Under the pieces are notes generated by a model. That model saw nothing but the letters and a program-made list of their open reading frames with translations, was not told where the DNA came from and did no database searches. From NCBI RefSeq assembly GCF_021869535.1, contig NW_026262668.1:107260001-107324000 (forward strand): a stretch of 64,000 bases of DNA. Direction: 5' to 3'. Within the stretch, counting starts at the first letter, position 1. Every line of letters starts with the position of its first letter. Positions 1 to 13,000 of this stretch are shown here, piece by piece. Made by a program: the position numbers and the translations under genes. The stretch comes from Mytilus californianus. Lineage: Eukaryota.

Positions 1-722
1 TTTTGAAATAACTTTTCTTTTCAATAATATTTGATAACATTAAATGAACAGCATAACTCTATATCACAGAACAATCAGCATCAACATACGAGACATACAA
101 CAAGAATCGGAAGACGAAATATGATTGGAAAATGTGGATAATCTAATTTAACCCAGACATCTCTTGGCCAACCACAGCGCTGGTTATAACTGACTTTCTA
201 ATGTTGTATATCGTACTGTAAAACACATACTAATATCAAACTCTAAAGATATTTAAATGATTTAATTAATCTTTATATAGTGTGTGCTTTGGTTGATTCC
301 ATTCAATTGTTCAAAAACGTGTTCGAAGTACGCCGTTTATCTTTTACCACACATTTTTATAATATACAAAGTTAAAGTATTGTCGACGTTTCATTGCTGT
401 TTTTGTATTTCCTTGAAAGATATGACATGTGATCAATTCTTGTTGATTTTTTTTTTTTTATTAAAGTAAAAATAATAATAATAAACAGTGAATTGTAATC
501 ATAAAAGACACACACATTATGTATAGATGCATGCAAAATATACATTGGTAGAAAGTTTGTCGAATATCTATGGTTATGATGATTTACTTCATCATTATGG
601 TAAATAAACTTATTTTGTGTACCAAAGATATGAAAGTCGAGATAACCTTTTAATATACATACACTGAACATGTAGATAAAAATGGTTAATTTGTAATAAC
701 ATTTTGTGGATAAAATAAAACA

Positions 723-744
723 ACACACACACACACACACACAC
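723..744. repeat. (AC)n microsatellite
   Basis: About 11 perfect AC units. Confidence 0.95.
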
Positions 745-1082
745 GAGAAAATGAGCTTTGTGTTCTCAAACTTAAAGACGTGATGCAAGTTGTGAAACCA
801 AGCACAGGAATAAGCAACTTATTTAAAGCTGAAATTCACTGCAAGAGGTACTCAGAAATAAAGGCGCTGAATCTCTATCACATACTAATGGCTCGACATT
901 GAGCTGCCCTCAAGGAGTGGGAATAAAAATAAATGAAATAAATACAAATGAACTTATTAGTTATAGTGAAATTTGTATTTATTAGATAGAGCCATTGTTG
1001 TTTTGTACATAAAGTTTTGCAAGTTGAAATAAATCTATTTGTATTATCAAAAAAAAAATGCTGAACCAGTATATATTATTGT

Positions 1083-1203
1083 TTAGGGGCCAGCTGAAGC
1101 TCGCTTCCGGATGCGAGATGTTGGTGCCCTTGACCTGTTTTCTGCTCTTTGGTCGGGTTGTTGTCTCTTTGACACATTTCCCGTTTCCATTATCAATTTT
1201 ATT
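1083..1203 (+). mobile_element. Short 3'-terminal fragment of repeat family B (Penelope-like 3' end)
   Basis: Matches the terminus ...ggtcgggttgttgtctctttgacacattt cc cgtttccatt atcaatttta shared with 9534-9870 and 53150-53840. Confidence 0.75.
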
Positions 1204-1362
1204 AAAAAGATATTACTAGATTACTTTGACGTATTAAAATCAATAACATCTTCATTGATTTCGGCGATGTTATTTTCCTACAAACGATTAAAATTATGAG
1301 GGGTGTAAATTTTGAAATGATCCTTGTGTCATTTGTTTGAACGCATTCAAAAATTAGAACAG

Positions 1363-1760
1363 CACGTTATAAATTTCATGCGTTCGAAGCGCTTTTTCTG
1401 GAATTACCTTCACCAGGAACGATCAAAGACCAAAAAGGACTTAAAAAAATAGCCAAAAACATCTAAGGTCAACTTTGCTTGAGGGAGTTGAAACCTTGGT
1501 TTCTTTATTATTTAAAAAATCATAAACGGACAATTTCGAAAAGGTTTGTTATAAATCATTTCAGTACCGAAGCACTTACTACTGAGCTGATGATACCCTC
1601 GGGGACTGATAGTCCACCAGCAGAGGTATCGACTCAGTGCTATAAAAAACTGAAACCAACACGTTATAAATTTCATGCGTCCGAAGCGTTTTTCTTGATT
1701 TACCTTCGCCAGGAACGCTCAAAGCCGAATATTTGAAAGCCAAGGATGTATAAGAACGGT
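1363..1760 (-). repeat. Partial tandem of a ~297-bp unit; each copy carries a hammerhead-like motif on the - strand (1381-1421, 1677-1718)
   Basis: cacgttataaatttcatgcg... recurs at 1363 and 1660; the - strand reads stem I - CUGGYGA - AGGUAAxUCxA - GAAA - short stem III - UC - stem I'. Confidence 0.7.
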
Positions 1761-1807
1761 TATAATTAAAGAAAATGGAAAGAAGTTAAACCTAGTCCTT
1801 ACTTTAA

Positions 1808-2086
1808 GGGGGTACCCAACACTATGACTAAAATAGATTTGGCCCGTTTAAATTTCACAAAATGTTTACAAAATATTAATTTGATCTGTTGACAAAAATA
1901 TAAAAAATTCAAGAAATTTGAACCACACAATTTACAGACGCGTAATTTCATTGGATATTTAGCAGTTTGACATACACTAATTTCGATCTTTGAGAAGCTT
2001 GATTTTTCTACACTCTAATAGCTTGTGATCAAACTATTCAGCTGATTTCAGCTGAAATGATCGGCCCATAAATGTTCTGCACCCCC
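1808..2086. mobile_element. Non-autonomous DNA transposon/MITE, Kolobok-like ends
   Basis: ttaa|GGGGGTAC ... GCACCCCC|ataa: 7/8-nt terminal inverted match with TTAA-like flanks; no ORF. Confidence 0.4.
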
Positions 2087-2349
2087 ATAATCGTATGTTA
2101 AATAAACGATGTACTTCTTATAATATAATAAGTATAAAAATACTTATTACGGTTAAACTTACAACTTTTAACAGGAAAAGTGATTTCCGGTTTTCATATT
2201 TATATTGATTTTGTCTTTCTGATTTCCAACTTACCTAAATACATATAACATGAAGATAGAGAAAAAATGAACGTATGTGGTACTCAAATTTAACCCTTAA
2301 ATCTTTGTTGAAAACTACTGTGTCAATACCTCTGTTAAGGGATGTTTTA

Positions 2350-2680
2350 TCCGCGCGGACATACCAAACCCAGTAGTCAGCACTCCTCTGTTGACATGAC
2401 ATATCATTGATGTGGTCATTTTCTGTATATTTCTGTTAAAAAAAATGAGAAAAATCATTCGAAACTTTTAGGTTTTTCTACTGTCAGACATAGACAGCCT
2501 TGAGTAGACTTGCCACAACTTTGGGAATTTAAAGGTTTCAATTCTCTTTAACTTCGTAATTGGTCATGTACTTTTTATATGAGCGTCACAAATGAGTCTT
2601 ACTTAGACTAAGCGCGCAATTAGTGTACTAAATTATATACCCGGTACATTTGAGGACTTTTGAAACCACTTGGTGATGAT
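2350..2680 (+). repeat. Decayed copy of hammerhead-bearing repeat family D
   Basis: gagcgtcac-aaatgag-tcttacttagac-taag-cgcgc (2581-2625) is a mutated version of the motif at 25845. Confidence 0.6.
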
Positions 2681-3326
2681 CCTGCTAAGGCACGTTTCGT
2701 CATCTTGGATATACCAGTCAAATAATGGACACTCCTTTTTTATATGAAGTCATCTATAATAAATTTATTATCCATACAATGTTAAAATCATCAAAGATGC
2801 ACTTAGAAATTTTCGGAATAACTTTTTACAATTTCGGTTTTTTCAGAACTCTTCAAATTCGTAATTGATTTTTGTCTCGATATAACAGATGTTTTATACA
2901 AATCAGTTCTGGGTTTTAATGGATCGGTGCTTTTGATTTGTATCGTTTGTACACTGTGCTCTGGATTAAATGTAGATTTTTATTTCCTTTTAAATCACAA
3001 AGAAAGAGAACTACTTGTTTTCAACATAAGAATATTTCCTCATACCTACCGATAACATATAATATTAGGCTAGGGATTTTTCATTATTCTGGCCACAAGC
3101 ATAACGGAAGTGACATTCTCTATATCTCTAATGAAGTTCAATTGGTGTCATTAAATGTTATTACAATCACTGGGTGACACCTTAATTAAAAGTATCTCCA
3201 GACCAGTAGAATTTGAATTTAAGACACGTAGCTCCCTAATGTATATCTCTGATTCCTGTCCGGATTTGACTATATTTTTGCTACTTTTTCAACGTTCAGA
3301 CTTCTATTAGTTTCGGTTTTTCAAAT

Positions 3327-3363
3327 CTGAAGAGCTACACATTAATTGATAAATGCGCATCTG
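3327..3363 (+). ncRNA. Degenerate hammerhead motif (TGCGCA family)
   Basis: CUGAAGA ... UAAA (G12 lost) UGCGCA UC; related to the intact motif at 48652. Confidence 0.45.
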
Positions 3364-4002
3364 TTTCAGTAAAATCAGGAGAGTTAAATGTTATTACACG
3401 ATTTTTTATTGGTCGTATATATTTGGTTGTGCAATTTATATGGTAAACATATCAATTAAATTGCACGCAATAACAGGAAGACGTATTCTGTTTGCTTCTG
3501 ATATATTGCTTCATTTAATCTTATATAGATTAAAAAAGTCAAAGGTAATACTACATAATAATAGATAATAGAAACTATACAAACAGAGTGTAAATAGTTA
3601 CAGGTTCCAGAAATGACAGAAAAAAACAAACTTAACAAACGAATATAATTTGAAATGAAATATATGCTGAATCATTTAATTCTTTTTTTTATTTCAGTAT
3701 TTGCATCTGATATATTGTATGTTTTGCATTTTTTGTTTGAATTAACATGTACAGCGCCTTAGAGTAATTTTGTTTCTTTGATATAGAGCGCTTTATATAT
3801 TTTCATTATTATTTTATTATTATAACATAGACCAGAAGTTGCGATACCGGTGTTATTAATTACGTTGGCTTTGTATTGAACTTCTCATAAATAGGAAGCC
3901 ATTTAAAAATATTCTGTTGAGGACATTTTAACATCGATAAATTAGTGTTGCCGTTAATTTATTACATATGAAATTATTAACAATGCTTATAATCTATTTT
4001 AG

Positions 4003-4086
4003 AATTAAATTTGAAAGAGGATGTGGCTGGTGCCACTTTCATGGCAGCAGGAAGTTCTGCACCAGAATTCTTCACAGCATTGATAG
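4003..4086 (+). CDS. SLC24A: NCKX exon: (x)[28 protein letters not shown]
   Basis: ttttag acceptor, g|gtaa donor, phase 1-1; missed by the ORF track, which shows only the antisense shadow 3977..4234. Confidence 0.95.
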
Positions 4087-7000
4087 GTAATATGCTTAAT
4101 AGTTCAAATTTGGGTTTACTGCCGTAATCATAAAGTAAGATTTTAAGGTGAAGATAAGAAAATACACCAATGCTTCTTTTTGTTCGATTTGAATTGCATA
4201 CGCAAACGGCGAAAGATACCAAAAGGACTTTCAAAACTCATAAATAGAAGAGATACTAGAACCTCGTGGCAAAAAAAACCCAAAAACAGAAGACGTAAAA
4301 TAACAAACAAGTACACAAAACACTACATAGAAAACTGAAGACTGAGCAACACGAACCACACAAGAACATTGGAATAATCTCGGATGCTACAGAAGGAAAA
4401 ACAGATCCTGCAACACCAGTGGCACCAATCATCTTGCTCAACTTGGAAACGCAGGATTCTAACTCAAAATAATTAATGTAACTGCTTTGGTCTGAAATGT
4501 TATTGGAATTTCTTAAAATAGGTATTCATTTGTACAATAATACATTCAAAACGTAAAATTTTAAAGATAAATAATGACCATAGTGTCATTTACGCAGCTT
4601 TTTCATAGTTTTTAATAATCATTTAAAGTTGACTTCTTGATTAAATTACATCAAATGTTGAAAATACAATTAAGCGTAAAGTTGTCACGCTGTAAAGACA
4701 TAAAAAGCGCGTTCTTTCAACAGTTGTCTCTGCGACTACAGTTGTAGAATGTTTAAAACAACAACACCAACAAAAAAACGAAGTCGGTGACACTTTGATT
4801 ATCTTATACCAACAACTTCTGATTTTGAAGGGAAATATATGGACTCGTAATGCAAGTGATGTCGGTCATTTATCCTTTTTTTTATTTCTAAGATTTAAGT
4901 CAAGACCTGAAATGAGAATAACCAGGATGTTGAAGCTTAAATATGCCTTAAAATTGTACTCATTTAACTTTTTCCTTGTAGGCGTATTTATTTCAAAGAG
5001 CGACGTCGGAGTTGGTACAATTGTTGGATCGGCAGTCTTTAATATTCTGTTCATTGTTGGAGTTTGTGCTTTATTCTCTGGAATGGTTTGTTATCCGAAA
5101 GTTAAATGATAGACCTCAATATCATTAAAAAAATTGATTTCCATAAACACCATCAATAAAAGACGATCATATTCGAGATATAGTGCGGGATAGGGTTTAA
5201 ACTTTTGGTTGAGTTCGAATTAAATGTTGATTAAACGCTTTAACTAAACTTCAGATAATGTCTTCGAATACTGTTCGACTTACTGTTTGAGCTACAACTC
5301 GGCTATGTTTAATCTAAATCAATTCCATTAATATCAAGCTTAAGTTGAATTAATCATCTCAATTGCAGTTACATATTATTTTTAAGGGCTAAATATTGAG
5401 TTCAAAAACGAGTTAATGTTTCATTAAGTTAAATTTGATTTAAAATCGGATTACAGTTACACATTTCGTTTTTTTTTGGATTACATATCGAATTAATATT
5501 CGTGTTCCATCTATCGTGTGCATGATTACGTAATACCGTAGCTGTTATTCAAAACAAAACTTTTGTTCTAAAATAGCTCGTATATGTATACAAGCATAAT
5601 AGTTAAAATTTTTGAGTCATGATCAACTTTATTTTGTTGAGTCAATATTGCCATGAAAAATAGCAATGGCAAACCATATCAAATTCATCGAGTGTAAGGC
5701 ATTTAAAAAACTTTTAGTTTTTAATATGTAATAATAGTGAAATTAAAAATAGAATATATTATTTGCGGTTATGTCTGCCTGTGTGTAGTGACAACTGTAA
5801 ATTATACCTTGTCCTTCGGATTTCATATGATTAAGAAATATCAGGCGTTAGAATATTTATTAAATTGCCTAGAATATCAACCTAACAATGTTAGAGTAGA
5901 TCTGATTCTTTACTTCCTTCTCGGGCGGGGTGGGAACCTGTACTTTTCACTTCTCACTTCTACGAAAACACCGCCTAGCATTGCACAGACGCCTTATCCC
6001 TTCCTCTAACTATAGCTGATAAAAATCATCTTTCGTTTCGGGAGGTGTTGTATCTATAAAAATTTAACATCTTAGTTCTGATATGTATAATAACGTGGAA
6101 ATGTCATTCAAAAATCGTTTGTCAAGTAAAAGGATATGATTATTTCTCCGTGTCAGAATCGAAAAGGTCATGAAACTTTGGTGAATTTGAATATATAAAT
6201 TATATTCTTTAAAAAAATATTTCGACAATGTTACATTTATCCGTGCAATAAATAAATATTATTCAATATAATACATTGTTATTTAAAATTTTGCATCAAA
6301 GGTCATTCAACATGCATTCGTTTCCAGATAAAAAGTTAATACATGTAAATTTAATCCCGATAGATTACGCATAATTTTTTTTTTTTTATTTGTTAATATC
6401 GCATATATTTTATTGTATTCTTCTGAAGTATTTGAAAATAAAGGAAAACTCCGAGAAAAATTAACATTCATTTCTACAAATAACTAACTAATTTTTCTTA
6501 AAATGTTCTGTACCAAGTCAGGAATATGACAGTTGTTATCAAATAGTCCGTTTATATGTATGTTGGCGTTGTTTTTGTTGCAGTTCAGTGTTTCTGTCGT
6601 TCCGTTGTTTTCCTCTTATAGTTGACGTGTTTCCCTCGGTTTTAGTTTGTAATCCGTATTTGTTTTCTCTTTATCGATTTATGACTTTTGAACAGCGGTA
6701 AACTACTGTTACCTTTAACTAGCGAAATAATAACACAAGACTGTATGATGCATGGGGTAACTGAGAATGACATTTTAATAAGTGATTTATAAGTATTCAA
6801 TTGAGGAATAACACCACTAATTCATAGCCCCCTTGCTTTCTATGTTAAATTCTGCAACTTCAAGCATGCATAGCTAGTTCGTCTTACGTTTAAATAAAGT
6901 GATAATCATTTCATGTCACAACTTTACCTTATCCTGACTTGTGCTAAAAAAATCAAGTTTTTAAGTTTTCATTTGAAAGCAAAATTATCCAAATATTTTA

Positions 7001-10000
7001 TTTTTTGACAAAGTTACCGCTATGCATAGGACCTATTTTGTTTAAAATATGTACTACTTTCTTGTATGTTCTTTCTGACCGGGCCAAATTAGTGTTCTAT
7101 ACCTTTGAGACAATGCTCGATTACCTTTTCGCCGTCTAAGGCGTTAGTCCCTTACTTTTGCTTTGAAACTGCAGCGTTGGAGCATAAACGGGCTTTTGAT
7201 ACTACTTTTATATATCTGGAATTCAAAACGTAGATTGAACATGCAATGTTTGTTATCATCATTCGTTATATTTTTAAGGTAGTTAATCTAACATGGTGGC
7301 CAATGTTACGAGACTGTGTATATTATATCGTAGCTGTTGCAACTCTAGTGATTGTCATACAAAACGGCAAAGTGTACTGGTAAGGTTAATTTTTCAAACA
7401 TGTTTATATATATTTTTCGGAAAAAAAAATATTATCACTTACAAAAATGCACTGAAGACTTATTAAAAATATTTATATATATTATTAATTAAAACAATGT
7501 AAATTATATCGACTGGTAAAACATAAATCTGTTTTATTATTCATATCTTACATAACTCTATGAAAGTTGGAATTCTAGTTAGAAAAGTTAAAGACAATTG
7601 AAATAGTCTAATTGTTGCTAGAGGGAATCATTAGCCTATTTGTGAATGTTTCGCTATTACTTTCATTTATTGCAAACATATTTCATTTTCTCTTGAAATA
7701 GTGTGGAAACATTTGACTTGTCTACCCTAAGAAACACAAGTATTCCCCACTCCAAACTCAAAAACAAATTAAAAACATCAGTCTTAAACTGTTTACAAAA
7801 ATGGTAGATACAAATATCTTGTTTTAAGGATAGACAATTCATATTTTGTAAATGACCAGTCTGATTCAAACCAAAAAAAAAAAAAATACTCTGAAACTGA
7901 TATTATCAAGATGCTGGATTTATTGATTGACAACATATTTGTTTCGTTAGGAGGACGAACTTTTCAACAAACAATTCGCATTCCCATGGGAACCAACTGT
8001 GCTCCTCTTCTTGCCGACATGTTTCTTTATTCATATAAGACATACTCCATACAGGAACTTCTTTGGAAGAATAAAAAAAAAAAGCGAGCATTCCGCTATA
8101 TAGATGATTTCCTCTCACTATATAATTCAAAGACTATGTAAATACATGTATCCCATCGAACTTGAAATAAAGGATACGACAGATACAATTAACTGTGCCT
8201 CATGTTTTGACTTACATCTACAAATTTGCAATGAAGGTCGGTTGAAAAAAAACTTTACGACAAAAGAGATGATTTCAGCTTTCCAACTTTCCATTTCTAT
8301 GTAGCATCATTCCAGCAGCAGCGCCTGCATATGGAGTTTATATTTCATAGTTGATACGATATTCAGGAGCTGCATTTTCTATCAAGAATTCATTGATAGA
8401 GGGTTGCTGTTACAGGGAAGCTATTAAACCAAGGGTAACAAGTGGTCTAGTTGAAGTCATCCCCTCTATAATTTTATGGACGTCACCATGAATTAGAAAT
8501 GTCTTCTTTTGGACCACATAAATTAAGACACTAATACTAAGTGGTATAAATGGAACCATTAGGTTGGCATATTATACCATCTTTTTCGCCAGGAGGATCG
8601 CTTGTGTGATTTTGGGCGACTGTTTTATCTTTGTTGTCTGCCAAATTTGACTTGCAAAAAAAGAACATTTTCAGTGGTGGGAAATTTTATCGGAATACTA
8701 TGTCTTTAGTGTAACGTTGTATAAACCAGTTTTGCGTCACATGATAACAATAAAATCAAATCGCGTGAGAGAAAATTTGAATAAAGACATAGCCAAAAAT
8801 TAACTGTTGAATCAGTTTTTAAAGAAATATTTTTTTTTGTTTTGAAATAAAAAAGAAGACATGATTTACAATTTATGTAATTTTAAAACCTTGACAGTAG
8901 ATGCTTCTGGGACTTTTCTGAACGCGCCAAAGTGATTTACCTGCAACATATAAAGCGTTAAATTGAGAAACTATTTCTAATGAATGATTAAAAAGTTTTC
9001 ACACTACAATTTAATTACATTTTACACAAAAATGAAAGACTTACCAAAAAAACACAAACAACTCACAATTGAATGTTCCTCAATCTTTAATTTACAGGTA
9101 TGAGGCTTTGATTATGTTTTTATTGTATCTTGGCTACATTCTTATAATGTACTGGAATAAAGATCTCGAAGATTATTTTGAAAGACTTTATCGAAAACTC
9201 CGACATATTCCGGAAGACCCTCCATCACAAAATGAAACTCAGTCATTGACAGGTTCACAAAAGATAAGCAATGGTGTGTATAATACTTCTAAAGATTCAG
9301 TGAAAGATGTTGAGGACGCCAAAAATGACGAGGCAGAAACATCATTTACAGGAACACATGAGAGTGTTCCGCACGAAGGACATAAAGATAGTAAGATTGA
9401 TTAGTTCTTTATTTTGAAAAAAAAGCAATATATATACATTGTCGGAAATGTAAAAATTATTTGTACGAGCTTTAGAAACAGGACGAAAAGCGAGTTTCTC
9501 CGGGCTATTTTCCTGTTTCGTAATGAGTACAACTAAAATTGAGAATGGAAATGGGGAATATGTCAAAGAGACAAGAACCCGACCAAAGAGCAGACAACGG
9601 CCGAAGGCCACCAATGGGTCTTCAATGCAGCGAGAAAATCCCGCACACGGAGGTGGTCCTCAGCTGGCCCCTCAATAAAATTGTGTGCTAGTTCAGTGAA
9701 AATGGACGTCACACTAAACTCCAAAACATATAAATGAACTAAAATTAAAAAACATACAAGACCAGAGGCTCCTGACTTGGGACAGGCGCAAAAGTGCGGC
9801 GGGGTTAAACATGTTTTGTGAGATCTCAACCCTCCCCCTATACCTCTGGTCAATGTAGAAAAAAGAAACACATAGCAATATTAACTACATTTTATATCTG
9901 ACAATGTATATATATTGTTTTTGTCCTGCAATTTAGCGTTAGTTGTTTAAATCCAAATCATTGTCTCTGATTTTTCAAAGAAATCGACATAGTTAAAACG

Positions 10001-13000
10001 CAGACCGCAAAGAGGACCCCAAAATGAACTGTTATGCAAAAAGAAATAGCCACATTACCGCTTGCTCAATATAGAAGTTGGGTAACAGATTTTATTTGTA
10101 CAAGAACAAATAAAGCTAAATTTTATTTATGAACCTGTTATTTGTACAATAGTTGCTGATTGAAAGATAAATGATGAGATGTAATTAATTATCACACATA
10201 TTCTATCGAAAAATGATAATTGAATATTAATTTTATTAAATGGGGAAGTATATTACATATAATGAAAAAAATAGAAGCTTCACACGAGGTCCAAAGCAAA
10301 ACTAACAACTTTTGTTGAAAAGAAATGTGATATGCATTTCACATTTAATTATAATTTGAACTCTGAACAAAATGAATTATAATAAAACTAAATTTTTACA
10401 TTTTTTAAAAAGTTCTTGCTCCTTTCATAAAAATAAAATTTGTACAAAATGTTGATTTTTTGGAGTGAATTAAATTGTTTCGATAAAAAGCTGATAAAAC
10501 ATATAAAGATAAAAAAAAAGGCAAAACTGGACGAGGAACAAAATGAGCAGTGCACAAAAGAGATAAAGTCCACAATTCTAAACGATATCTAAAGTTTTAT
10601 AACAGCAAATTGCAATAAAAATATGCATAAGTTCATGCCATTACCGAAGTACTGGCTACTGGGCTGGTGATATATTCAGGGATTATCAGTCAACCAGCAA
10701 ATGTATCTATCAATAGGTAGTATTAACATTAATGGTTCTAAATGTACATCCTCAGACTCGCATTTCGACAACTATTGTATTTTAAGTGATGCTATAGGCC
10801 AAAATACTTGAAAATCCAAAACCTACTACAGACTTTGAGGAACGTATGAAACCCTGAAAAAAAGAAAAAGTTCAGAGTAAATTAAAAACCTTTAAAAAAA
10901 TTTGTTATACTACATTTTAGAATTATTTTGTATATTTTTCAGTACAACATTGTCTTTCAAGTATACAATCCTGGCAATTAATTTGCGAAGTTTTGTAATT
11001 CAAAAACTATCAATTAGATCTAATGTCTATAATCTAGATAATTTAGACAAAATAAATAATCGTTCCTGCTGCGAATGAATTGAACGTATCAAAATGTCAT
11101 ATGGTAAGCAACTTTGATTACGATAATGAAATCTAATGCATGTTAAACTGTACTTTATTGACCTCAGTATATAAGTATATAAAATAAGGAGATGTGGTAT
11201 AAACTGTCCATTAACGTCCAAATGCTATGGATTTAAGCTAAGTTTGGTCACCGTACTGTCTTCAACAATCTAGCAAAACCCATACCGTATATCCTACTTT
11301 GAAATGTCCTGACATGACAAATATCGAATCAGTTCAAACGAGGAAAAAAGTCCTGATACGCATTTTGCTGTACTCATTAATATTTATTTTATAAAGTTCT
11401 CCTTTACAAGAGATGTATCCATATCCCTAACATATGATTAATAAGTATCCAACCAAATCTTATCAACTTTGCATAAAACGACCCTGTGATAATTGTTGCT
11501 GGTTTAATGAGTAACACAAGAAAGCACAGCAACACATATTAAACAAATTTAGTTGAGTTAACATTCACACTACATCTCCTTTTTTTCACATGTTATAATA
11601 CATTGTAAAATTCTTGAAGGTAAAGAATATGAATCACCATGGCTGATACCGATATCTTTTCCTGCTCGTATTCTCTGGGTAACCATGCTACCGGTAAAGG
11701 CATTACTGTATATAAGTATACCAGACTGTAGGCTACCCGGGCGATGGAGGAAGATGTACCCTTTGACTTTTATAATGTCAGTGGTGTGGATTGCAGGTTT
11801 CTCATATATAATGGTTTGGATGATTACAATAGCAGGTAATCTTGAAAAAGTATTAGATAATCAAAAATGTATTTAACACAAAAACATTTTCATAAATATT
11901 CAGAAAGCAATGTAGGCATGAGATTGCCTAAAATGTATTTCCAAATTACTCCTGTAAAGAAAGTTTAATTACGCCAATTATTGAACTCGTTTACTCGGCT
12001 TGCTGGTATTATGGACCTTTAGTATAAATTCATAAAAAATCTGACAAGAAATGTACCTATGAAAATGCTCACAAGACCGGACGCACGGTATATTACTATG
12101 GCCTTCGCACCGCTATGTTGCCTGGAACAATAACATATCAGTTTTGCGTCAACAAATTACCCGCCTTTTCGTTATCGTATGATATTTTGAAGAAAAAATC
12201 ACGAAAAAGACTTCATTAAGTTAAGTAATGTTCATGTCACAGAAAACCACCAGCAAGCAAAAACTCAAAATTTTATTTATGTCCAAGGAACAATTAAAAA
12301 CTGAATATCAATATAACAGATTGCTTAACACATTATGCACACAAGCTTTAAAAACTGGAGGTACATATGGTATTTACGATATTGCTCCATAATTTGTGAT
12401 GTCCTAGGAGGTCTAATTTCGGAGAGAGGGAGGCTGAAAAGGGGTGTGTCTGTGCTAGTCCTGTCAAACCCTTCGTCCGATTGCCTGTATGTCTATTGAT
12501 AAATTTGTCAATGCGAAATGTCCTACAGTTAGATAGGTATAGGACAAATCTTAACACAATCACTTCATTTACTGTTGCTTCATCAAATATTAATTGATAC
12601 ATTTCATTTTATGTGTAACGAATAATGTTTCGAGTAAATTTCTTATATGAAAAACGAATGATATGATATCCGTATCCACGAAAAATTAAGAAGACCAAAT
12701 ATGTTAAACGCTTTGACATGAAAATGGATAACTCATGCTTTAGTGTCGTAAAGATGAATTAAACGTATTAACTATAAAGTTTTTATTCATGGAGAAATGA
12801 TTATTCATAGTTTTGAACTTGTTCTATCCAACTGTGTTGTTAACGACATTTGTCGAAGAGTTTCTTTTTAAAGGTATTTTCCGCAAAATTTTTACCAATG
12901 AAATGATTTTTAAAATGTTCATATCAGTATTGTTGATAATTAAACATCCTCTCAAAACTATTGTACATGATCAGATAAGCAGAAACATCAAAACATTTAT

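Noticed and set aside
372-788. 138-aa ORF with a CVCVCV run
   Set aside because: Produced by the (AC)n microsatellite and AT-rich sequence; no recognisable domain.
3977-4234. 85-aa - strand ORF (and similar ORFs 4866..5054, 14933..15229)
   Set aside because: Antisense shadows of NCKX exons.
12348-12602. 84-aa - strand ORF in an NCKX intron
   Set aside because: Slightly GC-richer but no recognisable motifs in any frame.
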